NCBI GenBank assembly: GCA_965261395.1
Contig: OZ253462.1
Coordinates: 1,792,001 to 1,856,000, forward strand
Length of the DNA: 64,000 nt
Direction: 5' to 3'
DNA from: Candidatus Latescibacterota bacterium
Lineage (GTDB): Bacteria > Latescibacterota > UBA2968 > UBA8231
This document shows positions 28,801 to 37,909 of the stretch, piece by piece. A program made the translations under genes and the position numbers. Under the pieces are notes generated by a model that saw only the letters and a list, made by a program, of their open reading frames with translations, made no database searches and was not told where the DNA came from. Position 1 is the first letter of the stretch, and each line of letters begins with the position of its first letter.

Positions 28801-30552
28801 TTCTTCGCCGGCTTGGATCAGAGCCTCAATTTGCTCACCGCGGTGTTTCCAATCCGAAGCGGTTAGCTGTACTCCCTCCAAGGACGGTGCATTCAGCACG
28901 CGCTCGCCAGCGCGGTAAATGGCCCTCATGTCGGCGAGGTTTTCTGGGCCGTCTAGACCCATCTCTTCGGACAGGGTGTCACCCAATTTCCAGCAGTCGC
29001 TGAGCGATGCGAGTGCTTTAGTCAAGCAAGTAACTACTTCGTTTTGCTCAATCGGTGAAATGTGCTCTAGTGTCGATTGGGCAAAAGGATTCTGGGCCGG
29101 AGTGCCCATCGCCTCTAAATGTTCAACCAGTTCGCGCACATTCGCGCAGGCGTTTGTAAAAGCATCCCCGTCCCAATGGCGGAACTCGGCAAAGTCCAGT
29201 GCTGGCACCTCGCGCTCACTAGCTTCTTCTTTCAGATTCAGGAGGTGCCCTTGGGCATTTATATAGCTCGTTCCCGAAATCAGAATGGGGCGGTTCACCT
29301 CGCTACAATACGCATCGAGTTGTTCGCGTAACTGGGTGTGGCGACGCTTTTTGGCTGCGTGATTCTCCACGGCCGGCGGGCCGAGTTCCAACGTGCGCTT
29401 CAGTTCTTGCAGAACGGCACTCTTATTGCTCTTGTGGCTGTGAAGCTCCAGCACGGCATCGCCCAAGTGGCATTCGTCGAGGCGACGTTTTACCACCTCT
29501 AAGGCAGCCATTTTTTCGGCTACAAAAAGCACAGTTTTTCCGTCGGCAAGGGCCTCGGCGATGATATTGGTAATGGTCTGCGATTTGCCCGTACCCGGAG
29601 GGCCTTGAATTACCAAATTGGCGTCTTGCTTCACCGCCATGACTGCTTGCGTTTGGCTGGAGTCCGCGTCTAACACAAAGTGGAGATCCGTGAGATCGAG
29701 CAACTCGGAGGACGTCTCTTCACTCGGCGTTGAGAGTAATCCATCGCCGACGCCCCCAAATCCGCTGTCGAGCAATCTTTGCAACACCTCGTGGTCGTAG
29801 GGCTTGTGGTCTTCAGGCCAATTATCCGGATCTAAGTCCTGATACATCTGGAACTTGCCAAAAGAAAAAAACCCGAGCGCGATCTCATCTGCCTGCACCA
29901 ACCAGCGCGGCTGGTGATCCACGCTATCGGCCACTTCTTTTAAGTACTCATCAATGTCCAACTCTTCCCCGAACTCCGGCAGCGTTATCTCGAACTCGCT
30001 TTTTAATTTGTTGGCAAGCGTCAGATTCGGGCCAAAATCGGCCTGAGTGTACGCTACCTTGTAGCGCGCTCTCGCACTGCCGCGCTCCAGAGCAACCGGC
30101 ACCAATACGAGCGGTGCTTTGCGGGGTATGGAGGAGCTTTCGTGTTCATACCAAGTCAAGAAGCCCAAGGCCAAATACAAAAGATCAACGCCCTGCTCTT
30201 GGTAGTAGCTCTCGGCCTCCGTGCTGATCTTCAGTAGGCTTTTATCCAGCGCATCCGCGGTGAGTTTGGTTTGCAGGCGGTTGTCGGTATGGCGGCGGTC
30301 TGCGTACTGGTCTTCCAAAATTTGGTGCAGTGCTTGCTGCTCGCTTTCGTCCTCCAGCGACGCGGGCACCGGAATAAATGCCATGGCTTTTTTTTGCTCA
30401 GCGACCAATATCCGAAACACCTCTCTCGACTTCTCGTCGATCACTTCAAGCGTTTTCGCGCCGGGACGAAAATTGAGCAGCGTATTACCACGCAGGCCCA
30501 TATCCAATAATTCCGACCGGCTGACTTTCAGTTTTTCTGCTAAAGATTGCAT
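25891..30552 (-). CDS. DUF4011 + SF1 (Upf1-like) helicase + Vsr-like nuclease + DUF3320 protein (Hhe-like anti-phage)
   Basis: LLDMGLRGNTLLNF, GPPGTGKSQT, DEASQ, VQGDERD, RRLNVLITRAR, ECDGASYHS...RDRLRQSVLEGLGW. Visibly more AT-rich than flanks. Confidence 0.85.
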   Translation of the reverse strand: MQSLAEKLKVSRSELLDMGLRGNTLLNFRPGAKTLEVIDEKSREVFRILVAEQKKAMAFIPVPASLEDESEQQALHQILEDQYADRRHTDNRLQTKLTADALDKSLLKISTEAESYYQEQGVDLLYLALGFLTWYEHESSSIPRKAPLVLVPVALERGSARARYKVAYTQADFGPNLTLANKLKSEFEITLPEFGEELDIDEYLKEVADSVDHQPRWLVQADEIALGFFSFGKFQMYQDLDPDNWPEDHKPYDHEVLQRLLDSGFGGVGDGLLSTPSEETSSELLDLTDLHFVLDADSSQTQAVMAVKQDANLVIQGPPGTGKSQTITNIIAEALADGKTVLFVAEKMAALEVVKRRLDECHLGDAVLELHSHKSNKSAVLQELKRTLELGPPAVENHAAKKRRHTQLREQLDAYCSEVNRPILISGTSYINAQGHLLNLKEEASEREVPALDFAEFRHWDGDAFTNACANVRELVEHLEAMGTPAQNPFAQSTLEHISPIEQNEVVTCLTKALASLSDCWKLGDTLSEEMGLDGPENLADMRAIYRAGERVLNAPSLEGVQLTASDWKHRGEQIEALIQAGEEMTALQDKRREQLIEQAWQANLLSVRQAWATTGRHWWRFIFPSFRRAQRTLQGLVKGELPAGAEACVALIDDILKYQALREPYTEHECLGESLLGIQWKGPRSDWSSLKVLSAWVVELYKEVGEGTVPEGLLKFLESGRKLKGGEEQLEALERTAGELKKLIDEVNQRLGMEARSIEEQPLGAMEDELNRWRDRIGTLEQMARYNHLRKKLCASELEQIDRLSYDWTWPPALLLTSLKKAYYEGLVNEAYNKSETLKRFNRMSHESAIAEFRRLDEDLLYHAQEELVLKHYHSLPAANAAGEMAIIRREINKKRRHMPIRRLITQAGRAIQQIKPVFMMSPMSVATYLEQGVLDFDLVVFDEASQVKVVDAIGPILRGKQVVVVGDTRQMPPTDFFTKALELDDEESQTADIESILSMFLSQGVPESMLRWHYRSRHDSLIAVSNREFYDGRLMIFPSPGVNPYAKGLTFNHLPESVYERGSSRTNPVEARAVAEAVMRHAKAHPDMTLGVVAFSTAQRDCILLEIERLRRLEPSCEEFFTTGALEGFFVKNLENVQGDERDVIFISIGYGRTAAGNISTSFGPVNREGGERRLNVLITRARLAMEVFSNFMADDIKTESNSPFGVRALKSFLHYAQTGELEHRHETGKEADSPFEEAVSDAIRHLGYDIEPQVGSAGFYIDIAVRDPEKPGRYILAVECDGASYHSSATARDRDRLRQSVLEGLGWRFHRIWSTDWFRDPHGESVRLKDSIDRALRFYGTEETHAEQPRAAAQPKRIERDEPTEKTLRADAYVLATGDLGIAEFAEIHELPLGNVAQAMRKVIDIEGSVHLTEAARRLAESAGFARVGSRMLGHIKRAAEYGQRNGFLHLEGDFLFADSNKPVRVRDRSDMPPTVKKIELVPDEEIRAALISAIRAAFSMSEEEAISEALSLMGFRRVTAKANRKVGSALKKLVQDGAVTVEEDKVSVA

Positions 30553-30554
30553 GT

Positions 30555-30589
30555 TAGTGAAGAGTGATGAGTGGTAAGTAGTGAGTGGA
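30555..30589. repeat. Five imperfect tandem heptamers (NAGTRRN)
   Basis: TAGTGAA GAGTGAT GAGTGGT AAGTAGT GAGTGGA. Confidence 0.6.
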
Positions 30590-30782
30590 TTCGTCCGCAC
30601 TGAGATCGCAATTTCAGCCTCTTAAAAATGCGTTTGGGGATGCTCTTGAAGCGTCAAAAAACGGCGTGCAGAACACGTCTTTCTTTTACCGATAGACGCG
30701 GACGATGTCGGCGGCCACTTTGTTCGGTGCAGCGACCCCCCCAAAACTACCGAGCCCGATCATCGCTAGCTACCGAGTTCCT

Positions 30783-31511
30783 CTACAAGGAGTCGCGCAG
30801 CAGCCAGCGCACGGCGTTCTGCTGCAACTTCTCGTAGGACGGGTTCCACAGCGCGGGGATGGTGTGCCCTGGTGACAGATAGCACACTCGGCCCGCGCCA
30901 TAATCGTAAGCCCAAGCCGCCTCGCAGGTAGTGCCCAAGTCCTGCCAAGTGTGCCCGTCGTCGTTGACGCTGACGGCCAAGACATGGGCTGGGTCCTTGT
31001 CGTAGTGCATGAAGTGCTGTTCGTCCTCGACGACAAAGTCCTCCACACCGCGCGTTATGGGGTGGTCTGTGCGCGTGATGTGAACTCGGTAGGGACGCAC
31101 CGCCGGGTGCCCTTGCGTAGCGGCCCCTAGCACGTGGCGGAAGTCGTCGCTGCCCGGGGCGATGTACGTGGAATTGTGGTAGAAAAGAGCCGCTCCGCCC
31201 GCCTCGACAAAGCTCCGCACGGCACGGCCTTGGTCCTCGGTAATCCACTGCACGGGACGGGATTCCTCGGCTTGGACGGGCGGCTCGCTGACGGACGCAG
31301 CCTCTATACCGTAGCCATTGGGCCAAATCATGCCGTCGCGGAAGACGATCAGCAGCCGGTAGCTCGACAGATGTTGGGCGTTGAGCAGGGTGAGCTCGTC
31401 GGTAAAATCAACGGACAATCCCATGCCTTGGACCAAGGTGCGGCCCAAAGCCGTGCGGATGTAATCAGACGTGTGATAACGGTCGCCCACTAGGGCAAAG
31501 GCCGTAGCCAT
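30783..31511 (-). CDS. ThuA-like domain protein (class I GATase-like fold)
   Basis: FVEAGGAALFYHNS, HPITRGVEDF, DEQH, YGAGRVCYLSPGH. Confidence 0.82.
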   Translation of the reverse strand: MATAFALVGDRYHTSDYIRTALGRTLVQGMGLSVDFTDELTLLNAQHLSSYRLLIVFRDGMIWPNGYGIEAASVSEPPVQAEESRPVQWITEDQGRAVRSFVEAGGAALFYHNSTYIAPGSDDFRHVLGAATQGHPAVRPYRVHITRTDHPITRGVEDFVVEDEQHFMHYDKDPAHVLAVSVNDDGHTWQDLGTTCEAAWAYDYGAGRVCYLSPGHTIPALWNPSYEKLQQNAVRWLLRDSL

Positions 31512-31565
31512 AAGTCGTCTCCTCAACGTAATTTCGCGTCTGCAACTGGCGGCGCGCTCGCCGCC

Positions 31566-33053
31566 TTAAAACCGTTCCAACTCCGGGAATTTTTCCTCGC
31601 CGCCATGCACGTGCATGGCCCCGCCTTCAGCGCACCGCCGCAAGGTGGGAAACACCTTGCCTGGATTCAATACCTGCTGCGGGTCAAACTCGGCCTTGAC
31701 TCGCTCTTGGGCGTCCAAATCCGCGTCCTTGAACATGCACGGCATCAAATCACGCTTCTCAATGCCAATCCCGTGTTCCCCACTCAACACGCCCCCCACC
31801 TCGACACAGAGCTTTAGGATCTCGGCCCCCAGCGACTCGGCCTTCTCCAGATCGCCCTCGACATTGCTGTCGTACAGCACGAGCGGGTGCAGGTTGCCAT
31901 CGCCCGCGTGGAAGACATTGGCTACCCGCAGGCCATACGCGGCCGACAGCTCTCCGATTCTCTGTAGCACTTGCGGCAGCGCGCCCCGAGGGATGGTCCC
32001 GTCCATGCAGTAGTAGTCGGGACTAATCCGGCCCATCGCCGGAAAAGCCGCTTTGCGGCCGGCCCACAGCTTTTGCCGCTCGGCCTCGGTGGTCGCGTGG
32101 GAAAGCGCGGTCGCGCCGGTCTGCCGCAACAGCGATTCCAGTGCGCGGCTGTGGTACTCGACCTCACTTTGCGGCCCGTCCAATTCGACCAGCAAGAGCG
32201 CCGCGACCCCGAGCGGATAGCCCGCGCCGACAAAGCCCTCAACCGCTTCAACAGATAGCTGATCCATGATTTCCATGCCGGCTGGCACCATGCCCGCGGC
32301 AATGATCTCGGCCACGGCCTGTCCGGCCGCGGCGACCGAATCGTACACCGCCATCACGGCCTGCGCCACTTCCGGCTTGGGCAAGATGCGCAGCGTGGCT
32401 TCCGTGGTAATGGCCAACAGCCCTTCCGAACCCGTCAGCAGCCCGAGCAAGTCGTAGCCCGCTTGGTCCATGCCCTTGCCGCCGACCCGCACGATCTCGC
32501 CGTCGGCCAACACCACCTCCAAGCCGAGGAGGTTGTTGGTCGTCGTGCCGTACTTGAGGCAGTGTACCCCGCCTGAATTTTCGGCGATATTGCCACCGAT
32601 CGAGCAGGCGATCTGGCTCGAAGGGTCGGGCGCGTAGTAGAAGCCGCTCCGCTCCACCGCCTCGGTCACGCTTCGGTTGGTCACGCCCGGCTGCACAGTC
32701 ACCGTGCGGTTTTCCAAGTCGATGTCAAGCACCGCTCGCATCCGTGCCGTGCTCAACACTACTCCATCTTCCCTCGGCAGCGCACCCCCCGAAAGTCCGG
32801 TGCCAGCGCCCCAAGGGACGATGGGAATGTCGAGATGGGAGCACGACCGGAGTACAGCCGCGACCTGCTCGGTACTATCCGGTAAGGCGACCAGCATGGG
32901 CCGCTGGCGATACGCCGATAGGCCGTCGCATTCATAGGCGACTAGGTCCTCGCGGCGGTGAATGATCTGATCGGCGCGCAAGTGCTTGCGCAGGAGGCTG
33001 ATGAGGGCTTTGCGCCGCTTGAAGCGGGTAGGGTCAGGTATGGGAAGCTGCAT
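31566..33053 (-). CDS. glcD: FAD-linked oxidase, glycolate oxidase subunit GlcD
   Basis: GAGTGLSGGA, PDPSSQIACSIGGN, GGVHCLKYG, FHAGDGNLHP, GEHGIG, LNPGK. Confidence 0.88.
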   Translation of the reverse strand: MQLPIPDPTRFKRRKALISLLRKHLRADQIIHRREDLVAYECDGLSAYRQRPMLVALPDSTEQVAAVLRSCSHLDIPIVPWGAGTGLSGGALPREDGVVLSTARMRAVLDIDLENRTVTVQPGVTNRSVTEAVERSGFYYAPDPSSQIACSIGGNIAENSGGVHCLKYGTTTNNLLGLEVVLADGEIVRVGGKGMDQAGYDLLGLLTGSEGLLAITTEATLRILPKPEVAQAVMAVYDSVAAAGQAVAEIIAAGMVPAGMEIMDQLSVEAVEGFVGAGYPLGVAALLLVELDGPQSEVEYHSRALESLLRQTGATALSHATTEAERQKLWAGRKAAFPAMGRISPDYYCMDGTIPRGALPQVLQRIGELSAAYGLRVANVFHAGDGNLHPLVLYDSNVEGDLEKAESLGAEILKLCVEVGGVLSGEHGIGIEKRDLMPCMFKDADLDAQERVKAEFDPQQVLNPGKVFPTLRRCAEGGAMHVHGGEEKFPELERF

Positions 33054-33056
33054 TAA

Positions 33057-34061
33057 TTAGTAGCCGAGGTCTTTGGCGTAGGCAAAAAGCGCGGGCGTGC
33101 CGCCGGTATGGAGAAAGATAAGGCGCTGTTCAGGACGCCACCAACCGGCGCGCACGTGCGCCAAAAGACCGGCCATGGCTTTGCTGGTGTAGGACGGATC
33201 GAGTAACAGTCCTTCCTGCTGCGCCACCAAGTGCAGGGCTTCGCAGCTCTCTGGAGTAACCACGCCGTAGTCCGGGCCGACAAACGCGGCGTAACTCTCG
33301 AAATCCTCCGCCTGCAGCGCTAGGTCCAAGCCCAGGACCGCAGCGCACTCACGCGCTAAGGCGAGGTGCCCCTCGGCGGCTTCGCGATCGTCGCGCGGCG
33401 AGGGACTGATACCCACCACCCGCATATCGATGCCCAGCGCCTTGAACGCCACCACCAATCCCACGTGGGTATGCGCCCCCGAACACAGATAGATCGCCGC
33501 TGGCGCAACGCCCTGTTCTTCGCATTGAGCCAAGAGTTCTAACGCCCCATCGACGTACGCTACACTACGGAAGATGCGCGCGTCCGAGCTGGTGTGGAAG
33601 GGGCGATGGCCAGCCGCGGTCAGCGCGGCCATCTTCGCAGCCACGGCCTGCGCCTGCTCCTCGGGTGCTGGCAGGTCCACCTCCGCGCCAAAGAGGTGGG
33701 TCAGCAGCAGGTTCCCCTGCGTCTGTGCGTGGGCATCGTCGCGGCCGACGACCACCGCAGATAGCCCCAATTTTGCGGCCACTGCGGCCGTCTGCCGCGA
33801 TTGATTCGACTGGGCGGCGGCCGAGTGTACCAGCACGTCGCAGCCCTGCTCTACGGCTTGGGCGATTTGGTATTCAAACTCGCGGATCTTGTTACCGCCA
33901 AAAGCCAAGCCGGTCAAATCGTCGCGCTTGACCCAAATCTGCGGGCCGGCTAGGTGGGCGCTGAGGCGCTTTAATTCCTCCAAGGGCGTGGGCAAGGACG
34001 CTAGCTGCAATCGCGGCAAGGCGGCCAACCGCCCTTTTAGTTCCTCTCGGCTAATAGCCAT
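33057..34061 (-). CDS. PLP enzyme, D-cysteine desulfhydrase / ACC deaminase family
   Basis: PTPLEEL, KRDDLTGLAFGGNKIR, QSN, LLLDPSYTSKA, FLHTGG. Start at MAISREEL. Confidence 0.85.
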   Translation of the reverse strand: MAISREELKGRLAALPRLQLASLPTPLEELKRLSAHLAGPQIWVKRDDLTGLAFGGNKIREFEYQIAQAVEQGCDVLVHSAAAQSNQSRQTAAVAAKLGLSAVVVGRDDAHAQTQGNLLLTHLFGAEVDLPAPEEQAQAVAAKMAALTAAGHRPFHTSSDARIFRSVAYVDGALELLAQCEEQGVAPAAIYLCSGAHTHVGLVVAFKALGIDMRVVGISPSPRDDREAAEGHLALARECAAVLGLDLALQAEDFESYAAFVGPDYGVVTPESCEALHLVAQQEGLLLDPSYTSKAMAGLLAHVRAGWWRPEQRLIFLHTGGTPALFAYAKDLGY

Positions 34062-34267
34062 AACCTTCCTCTTTTTGTTTGCTTTCAATACAACCATTAA
34101 ACGACCATCGGGCAAACTCATCATTCACTTCGGCCGCACCGTGTTTGCCCTTTTGATAAAAACCCTTAACTTTTACGTAGTGAGACCCACATAACCTACC
34201 GCCCCTCCTCGGAGCCTCACTCCTCCCCAATACAAATCGCTGTTTAAACGTAAGATATAGGGCCGTT

Positions 34268-36559
34268 TTGGATCTAGTCGAACCTATACCCGAACGTCTA
34301 TTGCCCCACATCCGCGGCGAATTGCAACCCGGCGAGCTGCTCATCGTCCTCCTCGCCGCCGACATTCGCCCCGACGGACAATACGGCGACTCTTGGTTTG
34401 CGCTCACCGACGAGCGGATACTCGTCTTTCACCCCAATGGCGCAGATACGCCCGAGACCGTGCGCCTCGGCTTGGACGAAGTGCAAGGCATCCAGACCCG
34501 CAACTATGTGGGCAGTGGTGCGCTCGTCGTCGAACTGGAGGATGAGACCGTCGAGCTGCTGCGCTTTTCGCAGAGTGCGTATTACAAATTCTCCGGCGTG
34601 CCCCAAGCCATCGAGGGCGCTGGCTTGGTCCAGGAAGAAGATGCCGAAGAGGGCGAGACGCTTCATGTCGATCCAGTCAAAGTAGTAGAGCACTGCCCCA
34701 CCTGCGGACTCGCCCTCCGCTCCGGCTCCAAAGTCTGCCCCAACTGCCTGCGTCAGACCGAGACCTTCTGGCGGTTGTTTTCCTACATCAAGCCTTATAA
34801 AAGCCAGGCATTGCTCGGGTTCGCGCTGACGATTGTGCTGACGGCCATCGGCCTGCTGCCGCCCCAGCTCAATCGCATCCTCATCGACGATGTCATCACC
34901 CCGGTCCTCGTCCAATACGAGATCGCGGACATCGCCGAGGGTGAAGCGACCACGCCCTCGGCCGCGGGCGTCCAACTCCTGCTGTGGGTCGTGCTCGGCC
35001 TGCTCGGTATCTATATCGGCCGCGGCATCATCAGCGGCGTGCGGATGTACGCCCTAGGGTGGATCGGCCAGCACATCCTTTACGATTTGCAGAGGCAAAT
35101 TTTCCAACATTTGCAATTGCTGTCGCTGACGTTTTACAACACGCTCAGCACCGGTCGAATTATGACCCGCGTCACCAGCGACACCGAGCGCATGCGCAGT
35201 TTTATCACCTCGGGGTTCCAAGATATTGTCATCAACGGGCTGACCATCATCGGCATCTGCGCGATGCTATTTGTAATGAATTGGGAATTGGCGCTTTTAT
35301 CGCTGATCCCAATCCCCTTCATGATCATCGGCACCATTATCTACCGCAACCGCATCCACTGGGTTTTCCACCGGATATGGCGTCGCATCGCCGAACTCAA
35401 CTCCATGCTCGCCGACTCCATCCCCGGCGTCAAGGTCGTCAAGGCCTTTGCCCAAGAAAACCGCGAGGTCGAGCGCTTCACCGAGCGCAATATCGAAGTG
35501 CGCGAATCGCAGATGACCTCGTTCAAGATGCGGTCCTATTACATTCCGACGATCTCCTTTACCGCCTCAGTCGGCTCGATCATCCTGTGGTGGTTTGGCG
35601 GCAATCGAGTGCTCGGCAATGAGCTGACCTTGGGCGAGTTGCAGGCTTTTATCTCCTACATGGTCATGTTCTACGCGCCGGTGCGCTCGCTGTGCACCCT
35701 CACCGAGCAGCTAGAGACCGCAGCGACAACGGCCGAGCGCGTCTTTGAGATCATCGACACCGAGCCCGAAGTCCAGGACGACCCCGACGCCATTGACCCC
35801 GGCCCGCTTACCGGCGAAGTAGAGTTCAGCAACGTCAGCTTCACGTACGACGGCTCGGCTAGGATCCTCGACCGCATCCACTTTAAGGCCGAGCCCGGCG
35901 AGATGATCGGCATTGTTGGCCCCAGCGGCGCGGGCAAGTCAACTCTGGTCAACCTCATTTCGCGGTTCTACGACGCCACTGACGGCCAAGTCCGCATCGA
36001 CGGGCAGCCCATTACCCGCCTCAAACAGCAGGCGCTGCGCAGCCAAATCGGCGTAGTCTTGCAGGAGCCGCTGCTGTTCCAAGGATCCATCGCCAGCAAT
36101 ATCGCCTACGGGCATCCCGACGCGACGCGCCAAGAGGTCATTGAGGCGGCCCGCGCGGCCAACGCCCACAAGTTCATCATGAATTTTCCCGATGGCTACG
36201 ACACCCAAGTCGGCGAGCGCGGCGGTCGGCTCTCCGGCGGCGAGCGCCAGCGCATCTCCATTGCCCGCGCCCTGATTGGCAACCCGCGCATCCTGATCCT
36301 CGACGAGGCCACCGCCTCGGTCGATACCCAGACCGAATTCGAGATTCAAGAAGCGCTTGAGCGGCTAGTCACTGGGCGCACCACCTTTGCCATCGCCCAC
36401 CGGCTCTCGACGCTCAAAAACGCCGACCGACTGCTGGTGTTGGAAAGAGGGCGCATTGCCGAGGTCGGCACCCACGAAGAGTTGCTCAATATGGAGGACG
36501 GCGTCTATCGCCGGCTGGTCAATATGCAAACCGAAATGGCGAAAGTACGGGCACTATGA
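34268..36559 (+). CDS. ABC exporter (fused TMD-NBD) with N-terminal extension and CxxC-CxxC motif
   Basis: [34 protein letters not shown]...CPNC before the TMD. Confidence 0.92.
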   Translation: MDLVEPIPERLLPHIRGELQPGELLIVLLAADIRPDGQYGDSWFALTDERILVFHPNGADTPETVRLGLDEVQGIQTRNYVGSGALVVELEDETVELLRFSQSAYYKFSGVPQAIEGAGLVQEEDAEEGETLHVDPVKVVEHCPTCGLALRSGSKVCPNCLRQTETFWRLFSYIKPYKSQALLGFALTIVLTAIGLLPPQLNRILIDDVITPVLVQYEIADIAEGEATTPSAAGVQLLLWVVLGLLGIYIGRGIISGVRMYALGWIGQHILYDLQRQIFQHLQLLSLTFYNTLSTGRIMTRVTSDTERMRSFITSGFQDIVINGLTIIGICAMLFVMNWELALLSLIPIPFMIIGTIIYRNRIHWVFHRIWRRIAELNSMLADSIPGVKVVKAFAQENREVERFTERNIEVRESQMTSFKMRSYYIPTISFTASVGSIILWWFGGNRVLGNELTLGELQAFISYMVMFYAPVRSLCTLTEQLETAATTAERVFEIIDTEPEVQDDPDAIDPGPLTGEVEFSNVSFTYDGSARILDRIHFKAEPGEMIGIVGPSGAGKSTLVNLISRFYDATDGQVRIDGQPITRLKQQALRSQIGVVLQEPLLFQGSIASNIAYGHPDATRQEVIEAARAANAHKFIMNFPDGYDTQVGERGGRLSGGERQRISIARALIGNPRILILDEATASVDTQTEFEIQEALERLVTGRTTFAIAHRLSTLKNADRLLVLERGRIAEVGTHEELLNMEDGVYRRLVNMQTEMAKVRAL

Positions 36560-37059
36560 GCGAAGCACGCGGCTATTCCTACGAGGATTTCCTGCTCGAC
36601 CCACAAAAGATGAGCTTCAGCCGCTCCAAACGCGGCAGCTTGATCCTCAGGATCAACGGAGAGGAATACACCGGCCTCAAGATCCGCCGCGCCTTCCCGC
36701 TAGAGGAGGCCAACCGCTATATCGGCGTCTCTGCCGCCGAAGACCAAGAACTCGGCCTAATCGAAGACCCGCAACAGCTCGACGACCAAAGCCGCCAAGC
36801 GCTTATAGAGGAACTCGACAAGATATACTTTCAACCGCAGGTCCTCGCTTTCAACAACCTCGACGAGGAATTCGGGGTGCTGCGCGGCCAGATCGAAACC
36901 ACCAGCGGCCCCCGCAAGCTCGAAATTCGCAGCTATCGCACCAATGTACGCATGCTCTCCGGCGGCCGGGCCGTCATCGAGGATGTAGATGGCAACCGCT
37001 ATCTGATCGCCAACTGGTGCGCGTTGCCGCAAAAAACGCGCGAAATTCTGGGGCTGTAG
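36556..37059 (+). CDS. DUF1854 family protein
   Basis: RRAFPL, ELGLIED, EELDKIYFQP, ETTSGPR, IEDVDGNRY. ATGA overlap with the ABC gene. Confidence 0.78.
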   Translation: MSEARGYSYEDFLLDPQKMSFSRSKRGSLILRINGEEYTGLKIRRAFPLEEANRYIGVSAAEDQELGLIEDPQQLDDQSRQALIEELDKIYFQPQVLAFNNLDEEFGVLRGQIETTSGPRKLEIRSYRTNVRMLSGGRAVIEDVDGNRYLIANWCALPQKTREILGL

Positions 37060-37077
37060 AGCAGAGATGGACTGCGG

Positions 37078-37887
37078 TTAGCCAGCGAAATACGCCCGCA
37101 TCTTCTCCAAACCGATCCGGGCGACATCCGCCGGATTCTCCTCCCACAACTCCGGATTGAACAACTCCAGCGACACAAACCCCTCGTATCCCTGCGCTTG
37201 CGCCAGCCCCTCGATCTCGCGCAGCGGCCCGACTCCGTCGCCCGGCATCACCCGGTCGGCGTCGCTTTGTTCGGCAAAAGGCTTGTCGCCGGGGGCATCG
37301 TTCCAGTGCCAGACCGCGATCTTGTCGCCGGGCACCTTGGCAATGCTCGCAATAGGGCCGCCGCCGCGTAAGATGTGGAACGGGTCCATGATCAAACTTG
37401 CATCTGGATGGTCGGCGTCGGTGGCAATCTGCCAAGCTTGGTCAATGGTGTACACGCTTTGCACAAAGCCTAGGTACTCCATCGCCGGCCGCACGCCAAT
37501 TTCTTTGCCGATCTCCAGCAATTCGCGGTAATCGGCCCCGCCTCGGCTCAGGTCGCAGGAATCTAGCGGAGGGCTGGCGACAATAAACTCGGCCCCCACC
37601 GCTACGGCCTGCGCCATCCGCCGCCGCACCTCCTCCAACGCCTGCGCCCGCGCCGTGCCCTCAGCCCCCAGCCAGCCGTGGAGTGCAATAACCGTCGGCA
37701 CCGCCAACCCGTAGTCGGCCAGTGCCTGCCGCACGTCCGCGAGCGATCCTCCCTGCTGTTCGTGCGCAGTCAAGTCATCGTTCCACAACTCGATGCCCTG
37801 GTAGCCGGTCTGCCCGGCGATGCGGATTTTCTCCATCAGCGATGCCGGGCGGATCGTCGATGTGTTGAGCGCGTATTGCACCGTCAT
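37078..37887 (-). CDS. Sugar phosphate isomerase/epimerase (xylose-isomerase-like TIM barrel)
   Basis: GYQGIELW, AMEYLGF, MDPFH, HWND, RVMPGDG, SLELFN. Confidence 0.87.
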   Translation of the reverse strand: MTVQYALNTSTIRPASLMEKIRIAGQTGYQGIELWNDDLTAHEQQGGSLADVRQALADYGLAVPTVIALHGWLGAEGTARAQALEEVRRRMAQAVAVGAEFIVASPPLDSCDLSRGGADYRELLEIGKEIGVRPAMEYLGFVQSVYTIDQAWQIATDADHPDASLIMDPFHILRGGGPIASIAKVPGDKIAVWHWNDAPGDKPFAEQSDADRVMPGDGVGPLREIEGLAQAQGYEGFVSLELFNPELWEENPADVARIGLEKMRAYFAG

Positions 37888-37909
37888 ATTGCTTCCTTTC
37901 TCGTTTTTG

